Below are positions 30,154-40,029 of a DNA stretch of 64,000 nt, in pieces (the first letter of the stretch is position 1; each line of letters begins with the position of its first letter). The stretch covers positions 96,001 through 160,000 of the forward strand of contig CAVRBU010000004.1 in the NCBI GenBank assembly GCA_963719315.1, in the 5' to 3' direction. The notes under the pieces are model-generated. The model had not been told where the DNA came from. It ran no database searches and was given only the letters and a program-made list of their open reading frames with translations. A program made the translations under genes and the position numbers. The DNA comes from an uncultured Planctomycetota bacterium (GTDB taxonomy: Bacteria; Planctomycetota; Planctomycetia; Pirellulales; Lacipirellulaceae).

Positions 30154-30266
30154 ATTTCATGTTCAAAAAAGTTCTTTGCTGCATTGCCATTCGTGGTGGT
30201 ATCATGTATTCGTCCAACCGTCCCAATAGCAACGATTTCGACATTGTCCGTTTCGAGGGCAGACTC

Positions 30267-31220
30267 ATGAACCGGACCTTTTGCATCAGCCTTGCCGTGC
30301 TGTGTTGGTTCGCAGGCGGTTCTAGTCCCTGTAGCGCCGATACGTTCGGTAACGGTGCGAATTCTTTTCAGATTGATTTCGTGACGATCGGCAATCCGGG
30401 CAATCCACCGGACGCGAATCCGAATCCGGCAGGCGCGGTGCTGTATGAGTATCGCATCGGGAAGTACGAAATCTCGGAGCAGATGATCGACAAAGCCAAC
30501 GCGCTCGGCGGGCTTGGCATCACGAAAGACACACGCGGTTCCGATTATCCGGCAAGAAGCGTCACGTGGTATGAGGCCGCGAAGTTCGTGAATTGGCTTA
30601 ACACGAGCACGGGCAGCGTGCCGGCGTACAAGTTCGACGCGAGCGGCACCTTTCAATTGTGGCAATCGACCGACGCAGGTTACGACGCGACGAATTTGTA
30701 TCGCAACAAGCTGGCGGCGTATTTTCTGCCGAGCCTCGACGAGTGGCACAAGGCGGCGTATTACGATCCGGCGGCAGGCTTGTATTACGACTATCCGACC
30801 GGCAGCGACAACGTTCCGGATGGAATCGACTTCGTGGGAGACCCAATCTTCGATGCCGTTTTTTACGACGGAGGCAATAACGGCGGACCTAATAATATAG
30901 CGAACACTGGATTAGCAAGTCCGTACGGTACGTTTGCCCAAGGTGGTAATACGCGCGAATGGGTCGAGACCGCGTTCGATCGCGTCAACAGCGGTGCTAC
31001 CGAACAGCGGAGCACTCCAGGCGGCGGTTGGGCAGATTCTCCAAATCTTCTCGCCGCCTGGAACACGGGTATTGGTGTTAGTCCCCAGGACGATAACACC
31101 GTCGTTGGATTTCGGATTTCAAGCATTGTTCCTGAGCCGAGTAATCTGATACTCGCGTCAATTGGATTATTGGAAGTGCTTCGCGTATGCACAAAGCGGC
31201 GTAAAAACCCGATGCATTGA
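30267..31220 (+). CDS. FGE-sulfatase (SUMF1-like) domain PEP-CTERM protein
   Basis: Signal peptide; FVTIGNPGN; YRIGKYEIS; LPSLDEWHKAAYY; QGGNTREW; VGFRI; VPEPSN + TM + KRRK. Confidence 0.9.
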   Translation: MNRTFCISLAVLCWFAGGSSPCSADTFGNGANSFQIDFVTIGNPGNPPDANPNPAGAVLYEYRIGKYEISEQMIDKANALGGLGITKDTRGSDYPARSVTWYEAAKFVNWLNTSTGSVPAYKFDASGTFQLWQSTDAGYDATNLYRNKLAAYFLPSLDEWHKAAYYDPAAGLYYDYPTGSDNVPDGIDFVGDPIFDAVFYDGGNNGGPNNIANTGLASPYGTFAQGGNTREWVETAFDRVNSGATEQRSTPGGGWADSPNLLAAWNTGIGVSPQDDNTVVGFRISSIVPEPSNLILASIGLLEVLRVCTKRRKNPMH

Positions 31221-31599
31221 TCGCATTAGCGAAGGCAAGGTCGTCGGTTGGCGCTCGGGTTCGCTGAAAGAAAGGGATGTTCAAATGAAAAGTTTCGTTA
31301 ATTGGTGCAAGGAAAGATTTCCCAAGCTCGGTCTAACAAAGAGAAATCAACGCCGCATAAGTCGTCCATACGGGCCGGCGTGCTGATGGCTTGTTCCAGC
31401 GTCAATCCGCCCGTAGCCTTGTCGACACCTTGGGAGCGGGCGAAGGATTCACGGCTATATTGGCAATTGGTGCGCTCCAAGGCGATTCACTTTCGGCAAT
31501 CAATGCCTGGGCAAGCCGCGTCGCGGTGTTCGCGTGCTCGCAACCTGGAACCATACCTCACCTTCCCAACTATCTGCATCAACCCTAGGGATCCAAATT

Positions 31600-32758
31600 A
31601 TGATTACGGCCGCATTCGCAGCGATCGCTTCCATCAGCCTGCTCAGCGTCGCTCCACAATACTCCGCGGAGCTTATCTTTCCGCTTCACGATCAGCACAA
31701 CCATGCGCCTGGAATCGTCGAATGTCCGAACGGCGACTTGCTAGTGTCCTGGTATCGCGGCTCTGGCGAGCGGAGCGCCGACGATGTGGCCATTTTCGGC
31801 GCGGAAAAAGCGAGGTGTGACGGCCTGGAGTGGAGCCTTTGTCTTGGCCGATACGCCTGGCTTTCCCGACTGTAACACGTGCATGATGATCGATGGGCAC
31901 GGTCGACTTTGGCTGTTTTGGCCGACGATTATTGCCAACACTTGGGAATCGTGTGTGACCAATTACCGCACGAGCAAAAAATACGCCGGACCAGGTTCGC
32001 CAATCTGGGATCAAAACGGCCTTATCTTGCTGAAGCCAAAAGACTTCAGCACCGATGCCGAGGCGCAGCTCGACGTGTTGGTGGAAAAATACAAGGCGTT
32101 TTTGGATAAAGATCTGCGTGAGGAAATCGCGACCGGCAAAGCGAAACTGCGGGACAAATTGTACCAGCGGCTCGGCTGGCAGCCACGATGCAAGCCGACC
32201 GTCTTGCCGAGCGGCCGCATCCTATTGCCCCTTTACACGGATACGTTTTCGATATCGATCCTGGCTGTTAGCGACGATGGTGGAAAGACCTGGTATGCGA
32301 GCAAGCCCATTCTTGGCTTCGGGGCGATTCAACCCACCGTATTGCGCCGAGACAGCGGTGAACTAGTGGCCTACATGCGCGAAAACGGAGTAACTCAGCG
32401 AATTCGATCCAGCTCGTCAACGGACGATGGCCTAAGCTGGGGGCCGGTCATCGAAACCAGCCTGCCAAATCCGGGCTCGGGAATCGATGGGGTGCGTCTC
32501 GCTAACGGCCATTGGCTCCTCGTCTACAACGATACCACGAAGGGCCGCAATAGTCTGGCAGTTTCGATCTCCGACGACGAAGGAAAGACTTGGAAATGGA
32601 AGCGACATCTAGAAAAAGAGCATGAAGGGTCCTATCACTATCCGGCCGTTATCCAGGGCCGTGACGGCACCATCCATGCGGTCTACAGCTACTTCGTGGA
32701 TGGTGGCAAGAGCATGAAACATGCCGCATTCAACGAGGCTTGGGTCCAAGCAGAGTAG
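31600..32758 (+). CDS. Sialidase-like BNR/Asp-box propeller protein (frameshift near 31810)
   Basis: HAPGIVECPNGDLL; Asp-boxes SDDGGKTW, STDDGLSW, SDDEGKTW; YHYPAVIQ. Confidence 0.85.
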
Positions 32759-33239
32759 CACTTTCATGTGCGGGACCCGTATGTAACCGCTTTCTACACT
32801 TCCAGAGCGAGCAAACCGAATAATTGGCTTGAGTGGTCAGTCGTCCAGCTCACCGCCCTCGACAATGCGACCGAAAGCCAGGTCGTCATCGGCCATGCAA
32901 ACCTCGGGTGTCAGGTAACCGGGCTTCGTGCCACTCGTATGATCTTGCGGCAAAAGGATTCGTCGTTCGTGCCTTTTTCCAGGCATGGAAGCAAGCCGTG
33001 AAACCGGACCGTCGGCTTTGGTCGCGTCGCGCCATCGCCCGACTCGCACTTTGTCCGGAATATTTGCGCCAGGCTATGCTTTGAGTCGCGATGCTCGGTT
33101 CTGAAAAAAGACAAGTTGCTGCTTCGCGACGAGAATTGTCAAATCTTGAAAAGCTCATGTTGAAGTCCGGACAAAACTGATGCCGAAATAGTTGCATTTA
33201 TACGTCAGAGAAAGTAATGTCAGGCTAAGACTACTTTAA

Positions 33240-35498
33240 TTGTCGATGTCACAAAACGCCCATTACATGAACTCCAGAATCGGTGAACAGCCATCGGTGC
33301 GGATCAGACCCGCGGTACACCTCGTGCGCTCGGCGGTAGTGCTTTGTCTATTTTTTGGGGCAGCCGATGGGCGAAGTGGTGCAGCAGAGAGCACCTCACG
33401 TCCTCCTTTTCCTACGGGAAATCATCTTCAACTCGTTCGCACATTTTATACGGCATCCGACGGCTTGCCCGGGAATCATGTCCGAGCAGTGACCGTCACG
33501 CGAAACGGTACGGTACTCGTGGCGGCGGAAAATGGCGTATCGCACCTGGATGGAACACGTTGGGTCGCGGAGGCCGGCCCTGCGGGAGTCACCGCGCTGT
33601 TTGCGCCAACCCAGGGACCGGACGCCCTGGCGGGAGCCGCGAACGGACTGTGGGAGTTTGCGAGTAACGGTTGGAAGCAAGAAACTGGCGGTCCGCAAGG
33701 AGTGATCGCGTTCGCTGCAGAGCCGGACGGAACCCCTTGGGCATTGGCGACCAACGGCGTGTGGCGAAAGGCGGAGCGCTGGGATCGGGTCAACACAATC
33801 GAAGATGATCTAATGTTTGGCCCGCGGGATCTTCTGCCGATTGGGCCTGAAAACGTGCTGATCGCATCGAAAACGGGGCTGTATGCATTAACGGGCAAAC
33901 GCAAGTATTGGCTGCCGTTCGAGATTCGTCCGGGCGGATTGCTGAGCGCCGATACGCGGGCGGTGAAGCGGTTTGACCGAGACCATTTTCTCGTTGCGAC
34001 CGACAAGGGTCTCAACCTTTCCAACGGAACGCGCGGGTGGCATGCATTCACCGGCGCCGAGGGTCTCCCAATCCTGGAGCTCACAGGCGTGGTTGTCGCG
34101 GCCGACGGCACCGTATGGCTCGGATCTCAGGCGGGATTGATCCGTTGGACGGGAACTGGCTGGACCTATTTGGCAGGTAAACGCTGGCTGCCCGACGACC
34201 GCGTGACCGCGCTGGCGCCTACGAAGGACGGGGCAATCTGGGTGGGGACCCAAGAGGGACTTGCGCACCTGTATTACCGCAAGCTAACCTTGGAAGAGAA
34301 AGCGGCGTTCTACCAGAAAGAGTTTGAAAGCCGGAACCGACGTTACGGATATGTAGCCGAGATGCATCTGGCCAAGCCAGGCATTTTGGACGGGGCTCAG
34401 CAGGAAATCAGCGACAACGACGGACTTCGCACAGCGCTCTACATCGCGACGCAGTCGTATCGCTACGCGGCAACCAAAGCGCCGGAGGCCAAGGCCCAGG
34501 CTTGGCGATCGATGCAAGCGCTGCTCAGGCTGGAAACCATCACGGGTAAATCTGGCTTTCCCGCCCGGGCGATCTGCCGCGTCAATGAGCCGCAGTTTGA
34601 GCAGCGATCGCTGCGATCGAACTCTGAATGGCACGAATCGCCTGTCGAGAAGGGCTGGTATTGGAAGGGAGAGACCTCTTCCGACGAGCTCGATGGGCAT
34701 TACCTCGGCTGGTACGTCTTCTACGAACTTGCTGCCAACGATCAGGAGAAGCTCGCCGTGCGTGCTGTCGTGAAGCGCGTAACCGATCATATCCTCGATC
34801 ACGGCTACACCTTGGTAGACATCGACGGCAAGCCGACCACATGGGGCTACTGGTCGCCGGAAAAGTTAAATGATGATCCTGTTTGGTGGTCGGAGCGGGG
34901 CCTGGGCTCGTTGGAAATGCTGTCTCATCTGAAGGTGGCGTACCACATCGTCGCTGATCCACGGTACGAGAGTGCCTATCGCGAGCTGATTGGGAAGCAT
35001 CACTATGCGATCAACACATTTCACGCGAAAGTTCCGGGAGGCGTGAGCCACGACGACCAACTTCTCTTCTTGTCGTATTATCCGCTGCTACAGCTTGAAA
35101 AGGAGCCCGGCTTACGCACTATTTTCACATCCAGCCTGAGGCGCACTTGGGAGGCCGAGCGGATGGAAGAGAATCCCCTTTGGAATTTCATCTATGGCGC
35201 GTCGACTGGCGAGCCGTGCGATGTTGAGAACGCCGTGGAGTCGCTCCGCGAAATCCCGCTCGATTTCATCCTATGGAGGACACACAATTCGCACCGGGCC
35301 GACCTTAAATTCGATCCGGAGCTAAAACGGCAAGGGGTTAAACAATTGGCCGCTCCACTGCCGTGGACGGAACGGGCTATTCATAAGTGGGATCACAGCC
35401 CCTACGAACTCGATGCCGGCAGTGACCTGGGGGAAGGCGATCCGACTATCTGGTTATTGCCATACTGGATGGGGCGCTATCATCAATTAATTCGGTAG
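33240..35498 (+). CDS. Exported protein: N-terminal regulator-type beta-propeller plus C-terminal helical domain of unknown function (start uncertain)
   Basis: DGLPGNHVRAV and LPDDRVTAL..DGAIWVGT repeats; C-terminal SDNDG, TSSDE, WLLPYWMGRY. Confidence 0.7.
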   Translation: MSMSQNAHYMNSRIGEQPSVRIRPAVHLVRSAVVLCLFFGAADGRSGAAESTSRPPFPTGNHLQLVRTFYTASDGLPGNHVRAVTVTRNGTVLVAAENGVSHLDGTRWVAEAGPAGVTALFAPTQGPDALAGAANGLWEFASNGWKQETGGPQGVIAFAAEPDGTPWALATNGVWRKAERWDRVNTIEDDLMFGPRDLLPIGPENVLIASKTGLYALTGKRKYWLPFEIRPGGLLSADTRAVKRFDRDHFLVATDKGLNLSNGTRGWHAFTGAEGLPILELTGVVVAADGTVWLGSQAGLIRWTGTGWTYLAGKRWLPDDRVTALAPTKDGAIWVGTQEGLAHLYYRKLTLEEKAAFYQKEFESRNRRYGYVAEMHLAKPGILDGAQQEISDNDGLRTALYIATQSYRYAATKAPEAKAQAWRSMQALLRLETITGKSGFPARAICRVNEPQFEQRSLRSNSEWHESPVEKGWYWKGETSSDELDGHYLGWYVFYELAANDQEKLAVRAVVKRVTDHILDHGYTLVDIDGKPTTWGYWSPEKLNDDPVWWSERGLGSLEMLSHLKVAYHIVADPRYESAYRELIGKHHYAINTFHAKVPGGVSHDDQLLFLSYYPLLQLEKEPGLRTIFTSSLRRTWEAERMEENPLWNFIYGASTGEPCDVENAVESLREIPLDFILWRTHNSHRADLKFDPELKRQGVKQLAAPLPWTERAIHKWDHSPYELDAGSDLGEGDPTIWLLPYWMGRYHQLIR

Positions 35499-35504
35499 GC
35501 TTCT

Positions 35505-37256
35505 CTAGTTCGGGCTTTGACGCCAATCCAAACGGTTGATTCGCTGCAGCTCGGCGTCGATCTCGGTCCCTTCGTAGAACGACAGCCAACCGTGGAGGCG
35601 CTGGGTTTCGCCGGGGGCACAGTCATCGAACTGCGGGTCCGAATGCATGCAGGGACAAGGGGCATTTCCCCAAACTCGTTTGCAGTTTTCCCAGGCGGTG
35701 ATAACCCACCGATCGCCAGCCGAATTGCGACAAGCCACGAACGGATCGCGGAATAACTTGTTGACATTACTCATCGAATTGAACTCGGGAGCGCCCTTGA
35801 GCATCACGCAGTTTTGCACGACCAGGCCGCGAAGTGTCTCGTCGGTTCTATTCGTGAGCCAGAGCCTCATTCGAACGGCGTCCCGAGTTGGAACAACGCT
35901 CGCACCGAAGGATACATTATCTGGCAGCGTCCGTTCGACTCGCAATGAACCATTCCTGTGGTCCCATTCCAGCGGCTTCAGCGAGATTCCTTGCTTGGTC
36001 CATTTCGTTGTGACATGGGTGTGCGCCAGATATAGCAATTCCCGCGTTTCGCCTTGTTTCACCCAAATTGCCTCCGGCAAATCGACCGCGACGTACCGAC
36101 GTTGGTCCCACGGCAAGAAAACGCTGAATTTCGTTTCCCGCTGAGGCCGAATCGCTCCATCGAGAAATCCGATGCGCGGATGCCGGCCGCCGGGATACGG
36201 CAGAACTTTAAGCGCCGACAACGGGTCGGCTTGCTGCGAGTCAGAGTGTTTCTGAATTGAGAGACGCTGGACTGCCGCAGCGACTTCCTCCGTCGACATT
36301 CCGGTTGCCGCGCTGGCCTCAAACTCGGTAAAGCCATGATCCGCGATCATGTTCTGTAACCAGAATTTCATTTCGTCCTCCGATCGCGGCCGACGAAAGT
36401 TTTCCCGCGACGCTTTCTGCAACAATGACTGCTTGCGATCATCGATGATTGTCTGTGGATTCGAAGGTGTCACGTCCGCGTCGACGTACCTGGCCAGATC
36501 GCGCATCGCAATCACGGTGTAATTGTTCTTGGCCAGATAATTCATATACGCCTCAAAGTTTTGCGTCGACGAGCTGACCCATGCATGTGCCTCGTCCGGT
36601 ATTCCATGGAACTGCAGCACGGCGATGCGACCGAAACGAGCCTGCTCAACGGCTGTCACGAAGTTGTCCAGCGTCCAATCGGGACGCGCATCGCCCGCAG
36701 ATGGTATCAAAAGAGGATCATCAAAACCGGGCTCGTAGGCGAAACCATGTCCTTGGCGATAGTCGTACTCTGGCGAACCGCCGCGCCGTGCAAAACGGAT
36801 TCCAGCCTTCTTGAGGATCGCTAGGGCATCAGGCAGGATCGAGTTGCCCGGATAGGCGAAACTGGTAGTGCGGGGGATTTCATGTTCCGCGCATCGCCGA
36901 TTGATCGCCTCGACCTGCTCTTCGAGATCGGCGACATTCGCCTTGGTGATACTGGCGTGATTTCCCGTGTGGTTGCCGATCTCAAACCCGTCGCGGTGCA
37001 GATCGGCAATTTGTTCCCACGTCATGTAGTCCGTCTTGTTTGTGGGAAAGTCGAAACCTTCGGTGATAAAAAATGTAGCGCCGAACCCATAGCGTTTGAG
37101 AATTGGCCGAACCGTTGTGTAGTGCGACTTGGCTGAATCGTCAAAAGTCAGCACGACTAACTTGTCGGGAATTGGTTCAAGGCCCTGCGCGGCAGAGGCC
37201 AGGATGCCCAATGACAAGATGTACGACAGGCAGTAGGCCGTTGCATGGTGTGTCAT
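35505..37256 (-). CDS. Polysaccharide deacetylase (NodB/CE4-like) with C-terminal extension
   Basis: VVLTFDD; FEIGNHT..H; SFAYPG; LQFHG; signal peptide. Confidence 0.88.
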   Translation of the reverse strand: MTHHATAYCLSYILSLGILASAAQGLEPIPDKLVVLTFDDSAKSHYTTVRPILKRYGFGATFFITEGFDFPTNKTDYMTWEQIADLHRDGFEIGNHTGNHASITKANVADLEEQVEAINRRCAEHEIPRTTSFAYPGNSILPDALAILKKAGIRFARRGGSPEYDYRQGHGFAYEPGFDDPLLIPSAGDARPDWTLDNFVTAVEQARFGRIAVLQFHGIPDEAHAWVSSSTQNFEAYMNYLAKNNYTVIAMRDLARYVDADVTPSNPQTIIDDRKQSLLQKASRENFRRPRSEDEMKFWLQNMIADHGFTEFEASAATGMSTEEVAAAVQRLSIQKHSDSQQADPLSALKVLPYPGGRHPRIGFLDGAIRPQRETKFSVFLPWDQRRYVAVDLPEAIWVKQGETRELLYLAHTHVTTKWTKQGISLKPLEWDHRNGSLRVERTLPDNVSFGASVVPTRDAVRMRLWLTNRTDETLRGLVVQNCVMLKGAPEFNSMSNVNKLFRDPFVACRNSAGDRWVITAWENCKRVWGNAPCPCMHSDPQFDDCAPGETQRLHGWLSFYEGTEIDAELQRINRLDWRQSPN

Positions 37257-37297
37257 GGTATTTCCTGCATTTCAACGGAAGCCAGACAAGGGGCCAA

Positions 37298-38284
37298 CTA
37301 TTCCTTCAGACGTTCGTCGACGAACGCGAACGCTTTTGCATATGCCTCTTCGACCAGCTTAGTATCGCCGCCCGATAAGCCATGCTCGCCATTGGGAATA
37401 CTGATGAATTCGTGGGGCACATTGCGCTGCTTGAACTGTTCCGCCATTAAAACCGATTGTTCGTACGGCACATCCGTATCGCTTGTTCCATGAATCAGGA
37501 CGGTCGGCGGATATTCGGCCGTCACATTTTTTACGGGCATGAACGGCCGAAATCGTTCGGCCTCCTTAACCGGGTCCCAACCGGAAACCGCCTTCGGCCA
37601 GGTTCCGGTCTGACGGCAATACTCATAGAACAAGCCGCCATTGCCTTTGCGGTCGCGGGAATCGGAGATCGCTGGCCCGCTGACCTGCTGATACGCCTCC
37701 TCGCGCGTCACCTTTCTCTTGTTGTGCCGTGGGTGCGGGCTGGGTGTGCTGTACCAATCGCCAATCAAATCACCATAACCATAAAGCGACATTAGCGCAA
37801 CCGGACGCGGCCTTACACGAAAACCGGAAGTCAGCGTCAGGTAGCCGCCAGCCGAACCTCCAGCGACCGCCAATCGGGCTGGATCGACCTTGAATAGTCG
37901 AGGGCCGTCGCGCCGAATCCACTCGAAGGCGTCCTCCAGGTCTTGAATGATCTCGGGAAGCCGTGTCTCAGGCGCAAGGCGATAGTCGATCGAAATCAAG
38001 ACATATCTCGCGTCGAGCGCGTGCTTTTTCACTCGGCCATCGATACCCGCCCTGTTCCCCACGATCAATGCGCCGCCGTGAATCCACACGACGGCCGGTC
38101 TTGTCAGCTCATTCTGGGGGCGATAGACGTCGGCTTTAATCGCCAGGTCGCCGACGGTTTTATAGGTGTATGATTCCGGCTGCGTTTCAAGCGATTGTCC
38201 CCGAGCACCGTGATGGAACAAGAGACTAGTTCCGACGGCGGTCCCGCACTTCAACAAGCCACGCCGTGTCATCGAAATTGGCAT
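37298..38284 (-). CDS. Tat-exported alpha/beta hydrolase (esterase)
   Basis: TRRGLL; HGGA; GGSAGG; HGTSDTDVP; EHG. Confidence 0.9.
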   Translation of the reverse strand: MPISMTRRGLLKCGTAVGTSLLFHHGARGQSLETQPESYTYKTVGDLAIKADVYRPQNELTRPAVVWIHGGALIVGNRAGIDGRVKKHALDARYVLISIDYRLAPETRLPEIIQDLEDAFEWIRRDGPRLFKVDPARLAVAGGSAGGYLTLTSGFRVRPRPVALMSLYGYGDLIGDWYSTPSPHPRHNKRKVTREEAYQQVSGPAISDSRDRKGNGGLFYEYCRQTGTWPKAVSGWDPVKEAERFRPFMPVKNVTAEYPPTVLIHGTSDTDVPYEQSVLMAEQFKQRNVPHEFISIPNGEHGLSGGDTKLVEEAYAKAFAFVDERLKE

Positions 38285-38397
38285 GATCCACCCTCCGTTA
38301 TGCCGTTGGGGAGCGACCGTAGTATACTATGCCGGACTTTGACGAGAGCCCCTCCGTTCGCTAGTCTCGTAATTATTATCCGTCAGAGGGTTTCCCA

Positions 38398-38763
38398 ATG
38401 ATCGAATCACGAAAGATCTTCGTTCGCCATGAGGGTCATACGCCTCGCGAACGAAGTGAGTGTGGCTGGCGAGATCGATTGATCAGTCGAGAAGACGCGG
38501 CGCTGGAACCCACTGCTTGGGCACACGCCGTCGACATAGACGGGGCAAAGCCGCACTTTCACAAGATAGCGACAGAACTTTATTACGTCTTGGATGGTCA
38601 CGGATCGGTAATTCTGGACGGTGCCCAGCACGAAGTCCGGAAAGGTTCGTTAGTCCACATCCCACCTGGCGTCGTGCACAGCGCTGTCGGCAAGATGCGT
38701 GTCCTCGTGATAGGGATTCCGGACATCTGCGACGCCGACTATTTCGAAATCGCGGGCGAATAA
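38398..38763 (+). CDS. Cupin domain protein
   Basis: PHFHKIATELYYVLDG; IPPGVVH. Confidence 0.88.
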   Translation: MIESRKIFVRHEGHTPRERSECGWRDRLISREDAALEPTAWAHAVDIDGAKPHFHKIATELYYVLDGHGSVILDGAQHEVRKGSLVHIPPGVVHSAVGKMRVLVIGIPDICDADYFEIAGE

Positions 38764-38898
38764 TTCAAGACTGAACTGCTCTGGAGCGCTTTGAAGATGC
38801 GAATGTGCCGCCGATCTAGCACGGTTCCCAAATTGTAGCGGCGATGTAGCGATCGCCGAGCGGCGTCTCGAAAAGTAATAGAGTTCCAGGGATACGGC

Positions 38899-39966
38899 AT
38901 GCAAAATCGATTTGCTTTGACGATGAGCGTCGCGATCGCTCTCTGTTGCGCGGGGCAAAGCGCATACGGAGCCGACATTGTCTTTCCCGCTGCAACCTGG
39001 GACACCAAGAAACCGCACGATCTCGGGTTGGACGAAGCACGCCTGGACGCCGTGGCGTCGGCGCTTGGTAGCCGAGGCTGCATCATCAAAAACGGTTTCG
39101 TTGTCAAGGCTTGGGGCCCGCAGGGCAAAAAAGGAGATTGGGCTTCGTCGGCCAAGCCGGTGCTATCCACGCTGCTGATGTTTGCCCTGCGCGAAGGCAA
39201 GATTAAAAGCTTCGATCAGCCGGTCGTCGACTTTGAATGGGAATTGTTGCCCAAAGATCGCACGATGACATTGCGACAACTGGCCAGCATGACCAGCGGC
39301 TATGCCCGGCCTGAGAAGCCCGGGCAGGCCTGGGCGTATAACGATTACGCCATCCAGCTTTATCAGAAGACGTTATTCGACAGAATCTTTCAGGACACGC
39401 CTGAAGCGGTTTTTAACGACCCGCATAGGTTTGGCGCGTTTCAATTCGAAGATGGTTTTTCGTTTCGACAGTCCAACCGCAGAATGTCGGCCTCGGTACG
39501 CGATTTTGCCCGCGTCGCTTGGTTTTGGCTCAATCGCGGCAACTGGAACGGAAGGCAACTTTTGCCGCGCGCGTATTTTGACGAGAACATGCGACCACAG
39601 GTGCCCAAGGACTTGCCGCTCAGCAGCGACGCCAAAACAAACGATTACCTGCAAATTGGGACTTACGGTGGCGAATCGAATCACTTCACGAAGGCCGGGC
39701 CCGGAATCTACGGATTCAATTGGTGGTATAACGGAACCGGCGGCAAGCACCCGAATGCGCTGACGTGGCCCGATGCGCCGGCGGACACCGTCATGTCGCT
39801 GGGCCGCGGGGGGAATTGCTCGGCGCTCATGCCGGGTCTGAACTTGGTGGTGGTTGCCGCGAACGCCGACTGGGGCGAACTCGAGCCGGGTCGCAGCGAC
39901 TCGACGCAGAACCAGCGACTTAAACTCATCACAGCCGCGGGAACGCCTGTCGATGCTGAAAAATAG
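38899..39966 (+). CDS. Serine hydrolase, beta-lactamase-related fold
   Basis: ASSAK (SxxK); TLRQLASMTSG; PGQAWAYND; signal peptide. Confidence 0.85.
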   Translation: MQNRFALTMSVAIALCCAGQSAYGADIVFPAATWDTKKPHDLGLDEARLDAVASALGSRGCIIKNGFVVKAWGPQGKKGDWASSAKPVLSTLLMFALREGKIKSFDQPVVDFEWELLPKDRTMTLRQLASMTSGYARPEKPGQAWAYNDYAIQLYQKTLFDRIFQDTPEAVFNDPHRFGAFQFEDGFSFRQSNRRMSASVRDFARVAWFWLNRGNWNGRQLLPRAYFDENMRPQVPKDLPLSSDAKTNDYLQIGTYGGESNHFTKAGPGIYGFNWWYNGTGGKHPNALTWPDAPADTVMSLGRGGNCSALMPGLNLVVVAANADWGELEPGRSDSTQNQRLKLITAAGTPVDAEK

Positions 39967-40029
39967 CGCGTTACGTGGAGACCTGCGGGGCGTTTGTGGC
40001 ACCGGCTACAACAGAAATTGGATTCTAAA

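Noticed and set aside
31285..31386. Basic short ORF (MKSFVNWCKERF...) as the start of a third surface-protein cassette
   Set aside because: Lacks the LExR export motif and any shared DNA block; too weak to call
38899..39966. Antibiotic-resistance beta-lactamase
   Set aside because: Only the generic SxxK serine-hydrolase fold is evident, in a carbohydrate/esterase context
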